The notes beneath the pieces are model-generated. The model saw only the letters and a list, made by a program, of their open reading frames with translations, ran no database searches and was not told the origin of the DNA. Shown piece after piece: positions 24,209 to 36,499 of a stretch of DNA of 64,000 bases. The stretch is from assembly GCA_030704615.1 (NCBI GenBank), contig CM060731.1, positions 19,592,001 through 19,656,000 on the forward strand, in the 5' to 3' direction. The position numbers and the translations under genes are program-made. The stretch comes from Takakia lepidozioides (taxonomy: Eukaryota > Plantae > Bryophyta). Each line of letters opens with the position of its first letter. The first letter of the stretch is position 1.

Positions 24209-25327
24209 TGGTTTCTCGTCAGAGAAGAACTCCGCTTCAGAGGAAGCTATCTTGCCTCCTCTCGTACGAAGATGCCTTGCTATCGCAGCTCTTCAGTGAA
24301 ATCTGTTGACTGAGGTCTCCAAAACACTGTTGAAGAATGAGCAAAGAATATCGCGGAGAAAGTACACACGATGATTGTGCACATTCTGTTATTCCTTGCC
24401 TCTGGCAAACTCTTGCAGACATGCAACCGTCCATTTTAATTACTTTTGTTGTGGGCCCTGTAGATAGAGTATCCCTATGAGCAATTTCGGTAGCTGTCAA
24501 ACCTTTATTCAGAACCTCATCAATTAACATAATAACTAGCCGACTTCTCAAAAGTGTGTCAAATGATCTGAGGGTGCATCTCTAAAATCTGTCGCTGTTA
24601 TTTTCAATTATTGAAACCCTTCAAATAAACGACACGCCGTTCATTTTGGGCGACACATGTCAGACATCGATAACTACATTGCAGACGAACAGCTGTCCAC
24701 TAATGGCTGGCAGGTGCACTAATAAGGGAATGACATTTGTGTAACGGTCACGCGAGTGGGAATCCGATGCTTCTAGAGACAATCCCCAACGCACGCAACT
24801 CCGCAAGAAATCAAGAGTCACATTGTCCTTCTCGTTTCCGCACTTAAGGGGAGAGAGGTAGTCAAGCTGGAGAGGGTTCCTTCTACGATACGAAAGAGAA
24901 GGAAGTCACTTTATTTTACTTCCCTTAGAGAGAGACTCAGAGCAAGAGAGCAAATGACGAGGCGTCGTTTGATGGAGAACACAAGGCCACGACAGCAGGT
25001 GAACGCGGAGACTGCAACACAAGAGCAGACCGAGAATGAGGTTGCAGCTGTCACACAGTCGGAGGGAACAGTGAGCGTTGGAAACCAGACTGTGGAAGCA
25101 GAGATGATTCACAAGGAAACTGAAGGAGGTGGAAGTCCGGGGAACGCAGAACCGGGAGAAGGTCTCCAAACCCTAGAGCAGACAGAAATTCCAGCAGATG
25201 TGAGGAGGAAGAGGAAAGCTGCAGAAGGGGATCCAAACTCAAAACCTAAGAAGGCACCAGTAAGTGTTCTCTACCTTCCATTTCCTGTTTACAGATCTAC
25301 GAAGAGAGTGAGTGAAATGCCTAGAAA

Positions 25328-26264
25328 GTGATGGTCGGTACCGACCATCACTATGAAGTCATGTTGATTTGCTTTGTACTCCTCTGTTTATCGTTTTCCA
25401 CACCAGCAATTTGTGACTGGCGGTACGGTACCGCCATTCACTGTTCTTCAGATCATAGAGTCAGTCTAATTGCTTTTCAATCACTCTTTCTCTTCCATTC
25501 TGTAGCAGGAACCTGTGATTGTCGGCAACGTCATTCTCTTTCTTTTTCAAAACTCTCATTCTGATACAACAAAAAGTGAGTGTCGGTGCCGACAGTAACT
25601 ATGATCCAGTATTGACGTACACCAAACGCAATGCTTTCCATTCTAGTGTAGTGTGAGTGTTGTTAACGCCATTCGATTCTCCTCATGAGCTTCATGTACC
25701 TGTATGTGTAGAGAGAGAGTGATGGTCGGCATCTTCAGTCATATAGTCTTGCATTGCATTTTCTCTGTTTCCGGTTGAACAGATTAGGGAAGAGGAATGG
25801 CGGTACCGCCAATCACTTTTTTTGAGACCATGCTATAGCTTCATGTAGAGTATCGATTGCAAAGTACATTCCAAACATACAAGACATAGTGATTGTTTGT
25901 GACGATCATCACAATGGAGTCTCTCTGACTTATGTGCACTCACTTTCTGCCCTAAACTAAAGTGAGTGTCGGTGCTGCCAATCACTAAGAGATATATTTC
26001 CTTGCACCAAACCGATCTTGTAGGTCCTTCAAATGTAATGTTTTTTGATAGTCGTTAACACCGTTCGCTAATGCGCAGAACCTCTCTGTACCTACTTGCC
26101 CAGAAACATAGTGATTGTCGGTACCGACCATCACTATGTAGTCATAGTGTTTTGGTTTACATTTGTCTGTATCAGCTTTTTTTGTGTAGATGGTTGTGAA
26201 TGTCAGTGCCGCCATTCACTGTGATTTGAGACGAGACAGACTGATGGTCGGTACCGACATTCAC
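25328..26264. repeat. Array of 13 degenerate 24-bp palindromes (best copy GTGATGGTCGGTACCGACCATCAC) with mostly unique spacers, in intron 1 of the cargo gene
   Basis: Copies start at 25328, 25413, 25515, 25576, 25653, 25719, 25793, 25889, 25962, 26045, 26111, 26196 and 26241. Confidence 0.9.
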
Positions 26265-28112
26265 TATTTGCACATAACTCAGTGTCTGATTGGCATGACA
26301 TCGTGCAAAAAACTGTGAAGTCCAAGCAGATAGGAACAGAGGCAAAAGGTTCTGGAGATGGGGACGAGTCTGCCAAGAGCTCTGAGAATAGCACTACCTT
26401 GACAAGGTGAAAGAACTCATGTCATTCCAAAAGGTAAACTCTCAGGAGGTTATTAGGGACATGCTCGTCTCTGGAGGGCGTCTGGACATCCCACTATGCC
26501 GGATGATATCTATGCCTGTTGTACGCTCATCTTTCCCATGACATTACAAAATTGGAAACTGATTTCGTGCATGGATACAAACTTGGTGCACAAGTTTTTT
26601 ATGTGTCACTGACGGATACAAATGGGAAAAATACATTAGTGTCTCCTGAGATCACAGATACCTGGGATGAGTGCTGGAAGGATGTTAGTGAGGAGTTCGA
26701 GCTGGGCCTCATGATGGGAAGAAACACCTAGCAATTCTGCAACCACATGTTCTACGTCTGGGACGGCAACCACCGATTGCTGGCATGGATGGGATATATT
26801 CAGAAACATCATTCAAAAGACAAAGATCAGCATGTTGCTGTAGAGGCAATGGTTCTGGATCCTGGAAACGAGATTGCTAGGCTTCTTACAACTATGCATG
26901 ACGTGAACAAGTAAGTCATCCTAGAGACTCCATTGCCTCTCTAATGTCTTGTTGATCCCACCCAAAAACGATGTTTACCAATGCATTGTTTTCAATCTTT
27001 TTGCAGATCGACAGAGAAATTGCATGTGACAACAAACTTGGTCCACACACTGTTCCGAATTCAGAGGATTGGTCTGATGAAGCTGGATGATTTTCGCACA
27101 GTACTCCCCCCCGATATAATCAAGAAGTGCGAAACATGAAGAGCTACAGACACTTGGTATTCTTTGACTCGAGAGGCGTTTCTGGAGTACATGTATGCGG
27201 TAAGGCCGAGCCTGTACTCACTTGCCTTTTTGAATACATGTTTGTAATTTGTTTTTTCTCATACCTATTTTAATCAATGCAGCAAGAACTAGCAGAGGCA
27301 GCTGAGAAGGGGAAATCCGAATACTACCGCACTACAATAGAGGAACTTAGGACATCAAAGGGTATGGAGGCAGCAATAAAGAAGGAGTATGAAATTCGGA
27401 GAACCAAACTGATGTCCGCCTTCTCTAAGCAGCTTAGAATAGTAGATCTTGGCCTTGGAGAGGAGTTCCTTCTGCAGATCAAATCTCACTATGACAAGCA
27501 CGTGCACCCGGAGATGCAGCAGGAGAAATTGCACAGGCTGGCCATCTCCATGGTTGACCCCCAAACCAAAATTAGATGGCTGGAGATTTGGAACTCAGAT
27601 CAGACAGTGAAGGACTTGAATCAGTTCCCTAAGAGCACTATACAGCCTGGTACAAAGGTGGAGGGAATCGGTGACATTGTGTTTGACAACTGGCTTCACA
27701 AGGCTACATTTTGGAGTCAGGTGTGTATTCATTGAAGTTTCATCTTTGTTGACTTCATGAATGTCATGACTACCTTATTTGCAAAACTGACAAATGTACC
27801 ATTTGTAGCTGGAGAAGCGCGTCATCCTTGTCCTCGAGCAGAATTTGAAGGACCTGAACATTTCTATTGTTTCCCCGTCTCAAATGACATTGGAAGCATA
27901 CATCAGGAAGTGGAGAGGTCTCACTTGGCTTTACTGTTTTTTCCGAGAGTTTTCGAAGGATGGTAACATTCTACGGCCCAACGACTTTGACAGTCAGGTT
28001 GGGGGGGAGTGGGCCATGATGCGAGTTGTGTACAGGTGCATTTCCAACTAGAAACTATGTTGCATCTTCTGAGTAATCCTTAGGCGTTAGAAGGGCTCTT
28101 CACTGATAGGAA

Positions 28113-28829
28113 GTCAATGTCGGTGCCGACATTCACTTCCATGACTGTGAGATCTTATGGACAGAGATTTCATTCACTTGGATTAGGGAACTTAGGGTGT
28201 GCTGGCAGTGTTCTTGAATGGAATTTTGTGACTGTCATTGACGACCATCGCATCCAAAGCTAGTGTGAGCTTCTATACCGAGAGATTTCTTGTATGTTTT
28301 CTAGGGTGCCCAATAGTTCTATGCAGTGTTTCTCTTACGAATTTCTGAATGACGGTGCCGACATTCACTTTGAGAACAATGGGCTTCTGCATAGAGAGGT
28401 TGATTTCTAGTTTGTCTCATGGTTCGCAAGTACACAAAATATGTGCTGATGGAAGGAAATCACCTCAGTGGTGTCCCGGATTATCTTGACATGCGGTCGG
28501 ACCCGGGAAACGATCCAACCATGTATACTGCAGGGATATTGAGTTGGGTGTTCGGGTTCTGCAACTATTTCCTTTATGATGCAGGGACACTTCTACTCTT
28601 TCAGTCATGTGACAAGGATAGTCGTCAGGCATTGGCATCGTACCTGAAGTCCTCTGGGTTTGAAATTCTGCGCACATGAAATTGTGTGAACATCCTCTAC
28701 CTTGTGAAAGGGGGTTGTCCTAGTCAGCTGGTATGACACCTCCTTCTTAGGTGTGCTTTGTTGCTTTATTTCAACGTATTCTACAGTGTAACTCTACAAT
28801 TATCTGTGATGATCGGCACCGATCATCAA
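28113..28829. repeat. Four more copies of the same palindrome in later non-coding parts of the cargo gene
   Basis: 28113, 28228 and 28345 (~116-bp period) and 28806 (GTGATGATCGGCACCGATCATCAA). Confidence 0.8.
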
Positions 28830-29999
28830 AAAGACTTGACTGATCAATTTGTTGCATGCCGATGTTTTGAAGTGCCAATCTACAAAATTCCACTGTTGTT
28901 TATGTTTCACACCTTAACCTCATGTCTTTCGCAGACGAGGATGTTCGAGGCGATCTACCTGCGGAGGATTCGCACCTCAAAGACACCATCCTTCGTTCGC
29001 AGCTTCAAGATTTCTGACCAAGGGAGTTTCATCAATCCCCTGTATGAGCCGCATGTCGATGACATTTTGTACAACTTCATGCAGCCCACTCAGACTCTCA
29101 AAAAACCAGATGGCACTCCCTGGAGAGGTGCAAAGGAGAAAACCCCAACATTTATGCGGACACTGCTGGAGTCATGCAGCCACCATTCTGCACGGGTGGT
29201 CGACCTCTCCGTATCCACAGGTTCGTTTTCTCCCTTCAGATTTCGTTTTCTTTCACCATTTTTATCTTCGTTAATCCCCCCCTACAAGCTGTTCTTGTTC
29301 TCTTGTCTGTTGCAGGAGGAACATACCATACGTGCAAGGCAGGCGGCAGATCCCTTTTCGGCATGGAGGGTGACTTTGACCTATACAAGACTGTGCTCCT
29401 CCCCCTTTTGTCTGGCTCTATATCAGGCACACAAACGGAAACGATTCAAATCCGAAATGATGAGGATCACAAGGATAAGCAGGTCCACAACAATTTTTCA
29501 TGTGAGTAAGTCTGCAATGGAATTGTCATTCCACTTTGGGCGCCCTTTTCAATCGCAGACATCAAATTTGCAGTAATAACGTATTCCTTGCTGTGACTTG
29601 TAGGAAAGGCAACGATGGATCTTTAGGAGACACCCCCATTTGTGGCGAGACTGTTTTCGACAGCCCCCTTTCCACTTTTGGGCTTCCTGTGTATGCCGAA
29701 GCAATGGCACTTCAAATGGCCGAGGCTCTCTCCCCTAACTTTTTATTGCCCAACCGCAGGTGTAGCCATCGTAGATCCGGAGTTCTAAAATACTTGGACT
29801 TGGATGCAGAGGACACGGGGATAGATTGTATTGACTCCGAGTCAGACTGAACTACGCATTTTTAATGTTCATTTCTCATCCTCTTCGTAAAAGATTGAAT
29901 TCCCCTACTTTATTGCAGATGTTCCGGCAGAAAGAAAAAGGAACAAAGAATCCACTCAGAATGAAATGGCAATCTTCATGAATCCATCCCACAACCACC

Positions 30000-30340
30000 A
30001 CAAAGCCATTGTGCATTCATCTACACTGTATTCATGCATCCTCCATTCATAAATGTTTTCCATTATTCAACATCCATTGTACATTCATCCACTGCACTCT
30101 CGAATCCATCTTACAAACCCCTCACACTCATGTCATATACATTGTGCATTCAAGTACTGTGTATGAATGCATCCTCCTTTCATGAATGTTTTCCATTGTT
30201 CAACATCCATTGTACATTCATCAAACACATATTCATCCATTGAAATCTCATCCATCTGTATTTCATCCATCTGCTTGCGTTGTTCACACCCATCTATCAA
30301 TGTTTCATCCACGCTACATTCATCCATACCGCATTCATCT
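30000..30340. repeat. CATCC-rich subterminal repeat with a 133-bp-period duplication
   Basis: ATGCATCCTCC.TTCAT.AATGTTTTCCATT.TTCAACATCCATTGTACATTCATC at 30034 and 30167. Confidence 0.75.
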
Positions 30341-30581
30341 TTTGCTTTCATTTGGGAATGACCACATCCTTTTATTATGTCGTCCAACTTGTTACCGCGG
30401 TTAAGGGTGCTCTTCCGCGGAAATACACTCCGCTTCTTCCTTGGCGCGCGGTGACGTGGCGTTTAAGCGTTATGACGTGGAGTGAGATTGGTGACGTGGC
30501 GTGGGCGCAAGGTGACATGGCGTGAGCGCAGCTGTGCTCACGCGACCAGGCTCACGCCGATGCATCCCTGTTTTTTTGGAG

Positions 30582-33007
30582 GGGATGTCCTTAAGGTAGC
30601 GGTCTAATAGCCAGCAGATTTCAGTAGCGAAATCTTGTTTGGGTGGCAGTATCTGATATGTCTGTGGGTTAGGAGTAGAGTATTTATGCTAGAGCCACGC
30701 TAGCCGATCATTGGGGATGAGGCCAATGTATCGGCCATTGTGGGCATAGACTTTTGACCGCTACGGACCCTGACAGATTAAGGGGGAGTCGTGGGCAATG
30801 TCTTTATCATGGTTACATTCGATAATATAATATTGACGTGAATGTGAGGAATGGCGAGCGGGTAGGGAATGTTGCGGGCATCTGTGAGTTGTGCCTGGGA
30901 GACATGTTGATGGTGAATGTGTGTTAGGTAGTTAATGTTAGTACGTTTATGGAACGCAGCAAGGAGGGCGAGGTTGTGGATGGGGTCACAGTCGTCGTGT
31001 GAACCAAAGAGGTCGTCCTCAATTTGCCAAGTGTTGTCATCTGAGGAAAAACCGGCCTATTTGCATAGGTAGTACGTATCCAGACATGTAGCGCCGAACG
31101 CATCAGTTGATGTCTGGGTTCTGACCCCGAGAATGTCTTCAATAATGAAAGCGGTGGAGTTGTTAGGATCGACACTATAAGTGGGAGAACACGACAGGTA
31201 GAAGGGGGGGATTATGTCTACCTCGGTGCTGTAAGAAGTAGGGGAGAGGGTGGGGGAGGTTTGAGTGTGTGAGTGACGGGGTGGTGGGCTGGCAGGGTTA
31301 TGCTAGGGGTATGGGTGAGGAGTAGGATGGGGAGGGGGCTGTGGCGCAGGGGAGAGTGTCGATGGTACGAATATCCTCGGCATGAGAGGATTTAAGCATT
31401 TGTAGGATAGAGGGGGTAGGGGTGGTACGAAAAGCGGGGAGCAGATCCTACGAACTGGGGGGAAAAGAAGACAGGGTAGGTCACATTCAAGAGTACATGA
31501 GGCCGATGGGTGGCAAAATAGGGTACGGAGGTGGTTAAGGAATCTACAGGTTTTGGCAGTGGCTATGGAGTGTTTAAGGGTGAATTCTACGGGGGTCAAG
31601 AGGCGGTTGCCGGTGGCAGTGGTGAGTTGGGTGAGGGTTGTGATGTGTCGTCCTTTGAAATATTTGATGATAAATATCTTTTGGCGGGGGAACTTGCGTT
31701 CGAATTGGGAGAGGAAAATGCCAGGTCTGTTCGAGGGGAGACATGGATTTGGGGTAATCAGCAAGATCGGTTTGCACACTGGTTTTCATCTGGCGGAGTA
31801 TGAATAGGGAGCAGGTGGTAGGGGAATGGAGACAAGACTGTGAGTGGAGGAAAGGTAGTGAGTGAAGTCCGTTATACTTGGAGGCCAGGTGTTTGAGTAG
31901 CCCACGGTAGATGAGACCTAGACGACTCGGGTCGTTGAGGGCTTCGAGTAGTTGGGAGCCAAGAGTGCGCGAGTATGATATTATTAAGGGACTAGTTGTA
32001 CCGATGCCATAGCTGTCCGTGGGAAGTTGAGTGAAAGCATTGGGAGTGCTAGTTGGGAGACCACAAATGCGCTTAATGAGTTGGATAATTTGTCCAGGTC
32101 AATTTGGATGATGTCAGGGAGGGAGAAGGGAGCCGCATGGAAGGAGTATTGGACCTGTGGTTTTAGGACGGATTCTTTGAGGGAGAGTTTGGGCCTGATG
32201 GCTATGGGGGCTTTGAGGAGAGCTAGACTTTTATTAGTTAGTTTGGGCAGTGTAGCGATTTTCTGTACGTGCCAGGTGAGCGAGGGGACAAGTTGAAGAC
32301 CTAAGTATGTGTAGGGTTCATCAGGGCCTAGGAAGGGAAATGGTTTGTTCTGGAATTGGATATATAGTTTGTAGTGTGACACAATAGAAGATTTGGTAAG
32401 CTTACTGCGGTGGGTAGCCGCGGTGACGGCGCATTTACGAAGACTTAGCTCTATGCCGGACCATTGGTTAAAGCGTGATAGTTTTTCAACTTGCCGGTTG
32501 AGGTGTTGGGGTTTGTGCGCAAGGATGGCAAGGTCATCCGCGTAAGCGGCAACATAAATTTTGTTTGAGGAAGTTTTGTATTGGTATCCAAGTTTGCCGC
32601 GTGCAATCCATCTGAGCAAGGGTTCAAGGAAGATGATAAAGACGTAAGGACTAAGGGTGTCGCCTTGGATAGTGCCTCGTAGAATCGGGATGGGAGGGGT
32701 AGAACCATAATATGAACCTGTATATTCCGTCGAGCTGTTAGTGTAAATATTGTCGATGAGTTTGTATGGCGTCTGATGGGTAGCCTAGGTCCGTCATAAT
32801 GGCAAGTAGACACGGGTGGTCTAAGGAGCTGAAAGCATTTTTGAAGTCGATATATAGGAGATATATATCTTGTTTGTGAGTTTGGCGTCCTCTAGGGCAG
32901 ATAACACATATTGTATTTGTCTGGTAGTGCTACGTGTGGCACGGAAGCCTTCTTGCGGGTCGCTAAGAATACGGTGGTGTTCACCATAGTTGGACAACAT
33001 CTTGGTA
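30582..33007 (-). pseudogene. LINE reverse transcriptase followed by a chromodomain
   Basis: LSDPQEGFR, AAYADDLAIL and YTYLG; chromodomain FIIEDILGVR...YYLCK*AGFSSDDNTWQIEDDL at 31009-31149. Confidence 0.85.
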
Positions 33008-33564
33008 AGGCTTTGGAGACGATTTTGCCAAGCTGCAAATGAACACACAGACTGCCCCATGAAAAATTCCTCGGAGTAGTGAACATTTCTATTGTAATTG
33101 CAAGCCTGCACCTGTTGAGTGCCATGAGCAATGTTAGTCTTAGCAGAACACTCAAACCGCTGGCGCTTAGCCAACATCTGATCCACAAACAGAGACTAGT
33201 TTGCAGGTTCCACACCTGTAACAGAATATGAAAAATAGACAAGTGTCCAAGTCATTGTGGGATGATGTTATTGAACAGATGGTTCCAAATGGTAAACTTT
33301 GTTGATCTGAATCTGAGTCACACTATTCACTCTCTGAAGCACTTTCCTCAATTGAAATAGCGGTAGGCTGTACAAATGCCGCTTGAATGGTAGCCAACGT
33401 AGCTAGCTCTTCTCTATTTAGAACCGTGGCACCATCTATGTTGTCTCAAACCACATCTGAAGTATGGTCTATGGGAGTGATAGGCATGGCTTGAAAGCAA
33501 ACTGTCCTAAGGGGGATAAGGGCCCCCGAGCCCCACTAAATAACAACTGGAATAATTACTAGTA

Positions 33565-34235
33565 CCGTACTGACCTAGCTTATTAGGCACTTCCGCGCCT
33601 AATAATAATAAAAATAGAATATTATTAGGCAGATTCGTTTTTATTATTTAGGCACCTCACCTAGGTGATTTCCAAACATTAGGCATGCATTACAGTCGAC
33701 CCTGGATAATAATGAACAATTGTTTTTGACCTCCCTCAAAAACTATTGTTGAGGTAATATTCTTGTAAAGAAACATAATGGTCTTGAAAATACATATTAC
33801 CTCAACAATTATTTTTGACCTCCCTCAAAAACTATTGTTGAGGTAATTTTCTCTTAAAAAAAACATAATGTTTGATAAGTGATTGAGAGCATGAGCTGAT
33901 GTCTTGCAAACATGCATATTGATGATGATGATGTTCCCGACCTTAACATTCTCTCATATTCAGAAGATTCACATGAGATAGGTGATGAGACTTAGTTGCA
34001 TCAATGCAGGGCCTTTGGAAGTTGTGTGGACATGAAATTATAAATTGCAGGCATTTTTCCCTTTTTTTACTTTAAATAATACAATTTAGACATTTTTTTC
34101 CACATTTTGGTGTTTTTCAATTTTCGAGCAATTAGGCACTTCTCAGGAAATTTTTCCAAGTCTTAGGCATATTTTCCAAAAATCTTCTAAACTGATTTTG
34201 AATTAATTATTGCCTAATAAGCTAGGTCAGGACCG
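33565..34235. mobile_element. Non-autonomous TIR element (Tc1/pogo-like MITE)
   Basis: CTGACCTAGCTTATTAGGCA at 33570 and its reverse complement at 34211-34230; subterminal TTAGGCA repeats; TA TSD clear only on the left. Confidence 0.65.
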
Positions 34236-35000
34236 TGTAGCCTCTGGAGGCGGCGGGCCCACCCCTTCAACGGTGGTGGAGCCTTTGAGAATGCCCTACA
34301 CATGTCGTCCCTAGAGGATCCCACTCCACTGTTTGACACTTGTGCACTAATTAACCCCCCAAAAAAAAGTCTAGTCGAGAGCCCCATTGGTTCTTCCAAT
34401 GCCGTGGCTAAGGACCTTCCATAATTAAACAGTGTCATTCCCTCTTTGCAGGTGTCCCTCCACCCGGGCCCCACCTGTCACCCATGGATCCCCTGTTGCC
34501 TCTGTCCTTCCTCTACCGTCCACGCGTATGTTAGGTCAAATCCTCCAAAGGACTGGGGGTTTCAGTTTGAGTTTCTCAATGGTTTGCGATGACTCCTTAC
34601 TTCAGAATTTTTGGGCAAGTTGGCAATACTAAAAACGAGGGAATTGGATGGCAAACCCTAGCCATGTCCGTGTGCCAAATGAATCCAATGACTTTGTAGC
34701 CAAAGTGATGAGTACCGGCCTCGAGTACTTCAGGCCAGCACTGTTTGGTCGTGCGAGAGGCATGGCGTCATGCAGCGGATTTAATCGGCATCCCCTTTGG
34801 CAACGTGCAGAAGACGGAGTCCCCTGCGTGCTGTGGCGCCTGCCAACCTTCTGGGATGTCATTCAAATTAGGTCATATCACAAAACACTAAGTAGTTACC
34901 TTTCTCAGGGTGGCTGTTTTGTATGCGCTGTAGAATGCAGACTTGGAATTGGTAGCTGCTCAGATGGAGGTAGGGTAGGTGTCTGACAAGCCCCTTTGGA

Positions 35001-36499
35001 TTGCATGATATGGGTGACGAACAAAAGGATTTTTCTCTTTGTCACTGTAGTGTCAAACGAGGGGCTCATCCCGATTCTGTAACATTTAGTATTACCTCCT
35101 TTACCAAAGGTTCCGTCTCTCATGACTCTCACTGCAGTGGAACAGAGATGGTAGTCCACGGCTTTTCTCGTAATGTTCACTATTTATGTTCTCTTAAGTC
35201 ACCACGATGTCATCGACCTTCCGGGCTTGCATCTGCCCGCATTTCGTACCGCATCTAGTGCTTAAGCTTAGAGTTTTTGAAAGCGTTGTCATCCATGGCC
35301 CCTTTCGGTCTTGGAAATCAACATGTCCTGATATGAGTGCCATCATTGACAAGAGTTTACCGAAGGCACCCCATAAATTTCCTGCTGGAAATCCTTTCTT
35401 TTACCCTGTTAGCTTGTTGAGCACGATTTGATCCGATCTGCCCGTAATGACCTAGATATCCCAATTCTTGAAACTATTGTAAAGTTCTGACATGTCGTTG
35501 TCTCCCTTAGTTTATTGATCTGAACTGCAGCTACGTAAGCACTTTCATTGATCAATCGGCAACTTATTATTGTCTAGATCCCCATTCAACCAAAGCAATA
35601 AGTACCGATCAACCCTTCAGTTTCACAATGTTATTGTGCACGGTGTGTCTCTTACCTGGCTAAAGTCAGTTCATTGAACTAAAATGCAGTGCATAAACAG
35701 GTGTCCCTTCCTTCTAATCAGACCAGCAGCTCAGTGAGACCACGACATGATATTCATCTATAACTATAAGTGCAATTAGACTCTCCAGTTTAGAGGATTC
35801 GTTACAAATCAGATCTTCCGAATGAGGCTTGCAGCATAGTGATTTCTGAGACTAGCCCAAACATACCAAGTTTTCTATCTCCCTGTCTCCCAAGTCCTGT
35901 TCATACAAAATCATCACCTCCTTAATCACACCAGCAGCTCATCCCCCCAATAAATAATTGCCATGTTAGTACTTGAAACAGCCCACACACCTATGGCATT
36001 TCATGCCCTTCATTATTCATTGGAAAGTCAAAATCATTGGCTGGAACAGACATCAAACGATCAATATACATTGCTGGCTGTCTCAATGCCTCCTCTCATT
36101 TTGCTTCTCTCACTCTCGTCTCTTCTTCTCTCACTCCAAAAACCGAGCCAACCTAATTTGCAGCAAATAATGAGTGAGTTGCTATCAAGTCAAGACTAAA
36201 TGCCCTTCCGTCCTGACCGTGGCTGACATGCAACTAGGAGGTCATGGCGGGCCTCATCAACTATGAAACAAGAAATTGAAAGAGGCGGCTGTGGCTAGGC
36301 TCGAGCCAAGTGCTCAACCCCTTGCCCATTATTGATCGCCTACTCCCGCGGTGCCTCTATTCACACTAGAGTCCCATAAACACACCTTGCTCGGGATGGT
36401 GCAATCATGGACTAATCTCAAAAATTGTTTGGTCAAGCAATTGTTGTATAGAGACACTTGACAGAAGATGGGGTTTGTTCATGTGGGGATTACTGGTGA
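35001..36499 (+). pseudogene. DYW-domain remnant split by a ~1.3 kb insertion
   Basis: LHDMGDEQKDFSLCH at 35001 and EDGVCSCGDYW* ending at 36499, both matching the gene at 7.6-7.9 kb. Confidence 0.8.

Larger units (their letters stand above)
24954..29510 (+). pseudogene. Multi-exon MULE cargo gene: NLS-like N-terminus, ParB/Srx-like domain and C-terminal beta-class (N4C/N6A) DNA methyltransferase-like domain; has stops and frameshifts
   Basis: Approximate exons 24954-25259, ~26330-26910, 27007-27199, 27283-27720, 27809-~28000, ~28430-28730, 28935-29220 and 29316-~29505; IPLCRMISMPVVR...FYVWDGNHRLLAW; EKTPTFMRTLLESCS...VVDLSVSTG|GTYHTCKAGGRSLFGMEGD. Confidence 0.72.
19750..30571. mobile_element. 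Mutator-like DNA transposon (~10.8 kb) with two divergent genes
   Basis: Imperfect TIRs (GGCGTGAGCC...TGAGCAC...GCTCACGCCA at both ends); ~10-bp TSD TTTTCTGGAG 19740-19749 / TTTTTTGGAG 30572-30581; MULE-type transposase inside. Confidence 0.85.
18936..33007 (-). mobile_element. 5'-truncated RLE-type non-LTR retrotransposon (Dualen/RandI-like), split by the MULE
   Basis: 12-bp TSD AGGCTTTGGAGA at 18924-18935 and 33008-33019; (CT)n tail; RT AYADDL; RLE-like C-terminus; frame restored (LKDIPSRKPRVQ) when the MULE is removed. Confidence 0.85.

Noticed and set aside
25328-26264. True CRISPR array
   Set aside because: Eukaryotic intron, degenerate repeats, irregular spacing and no cas genes; kept as a palindrome array
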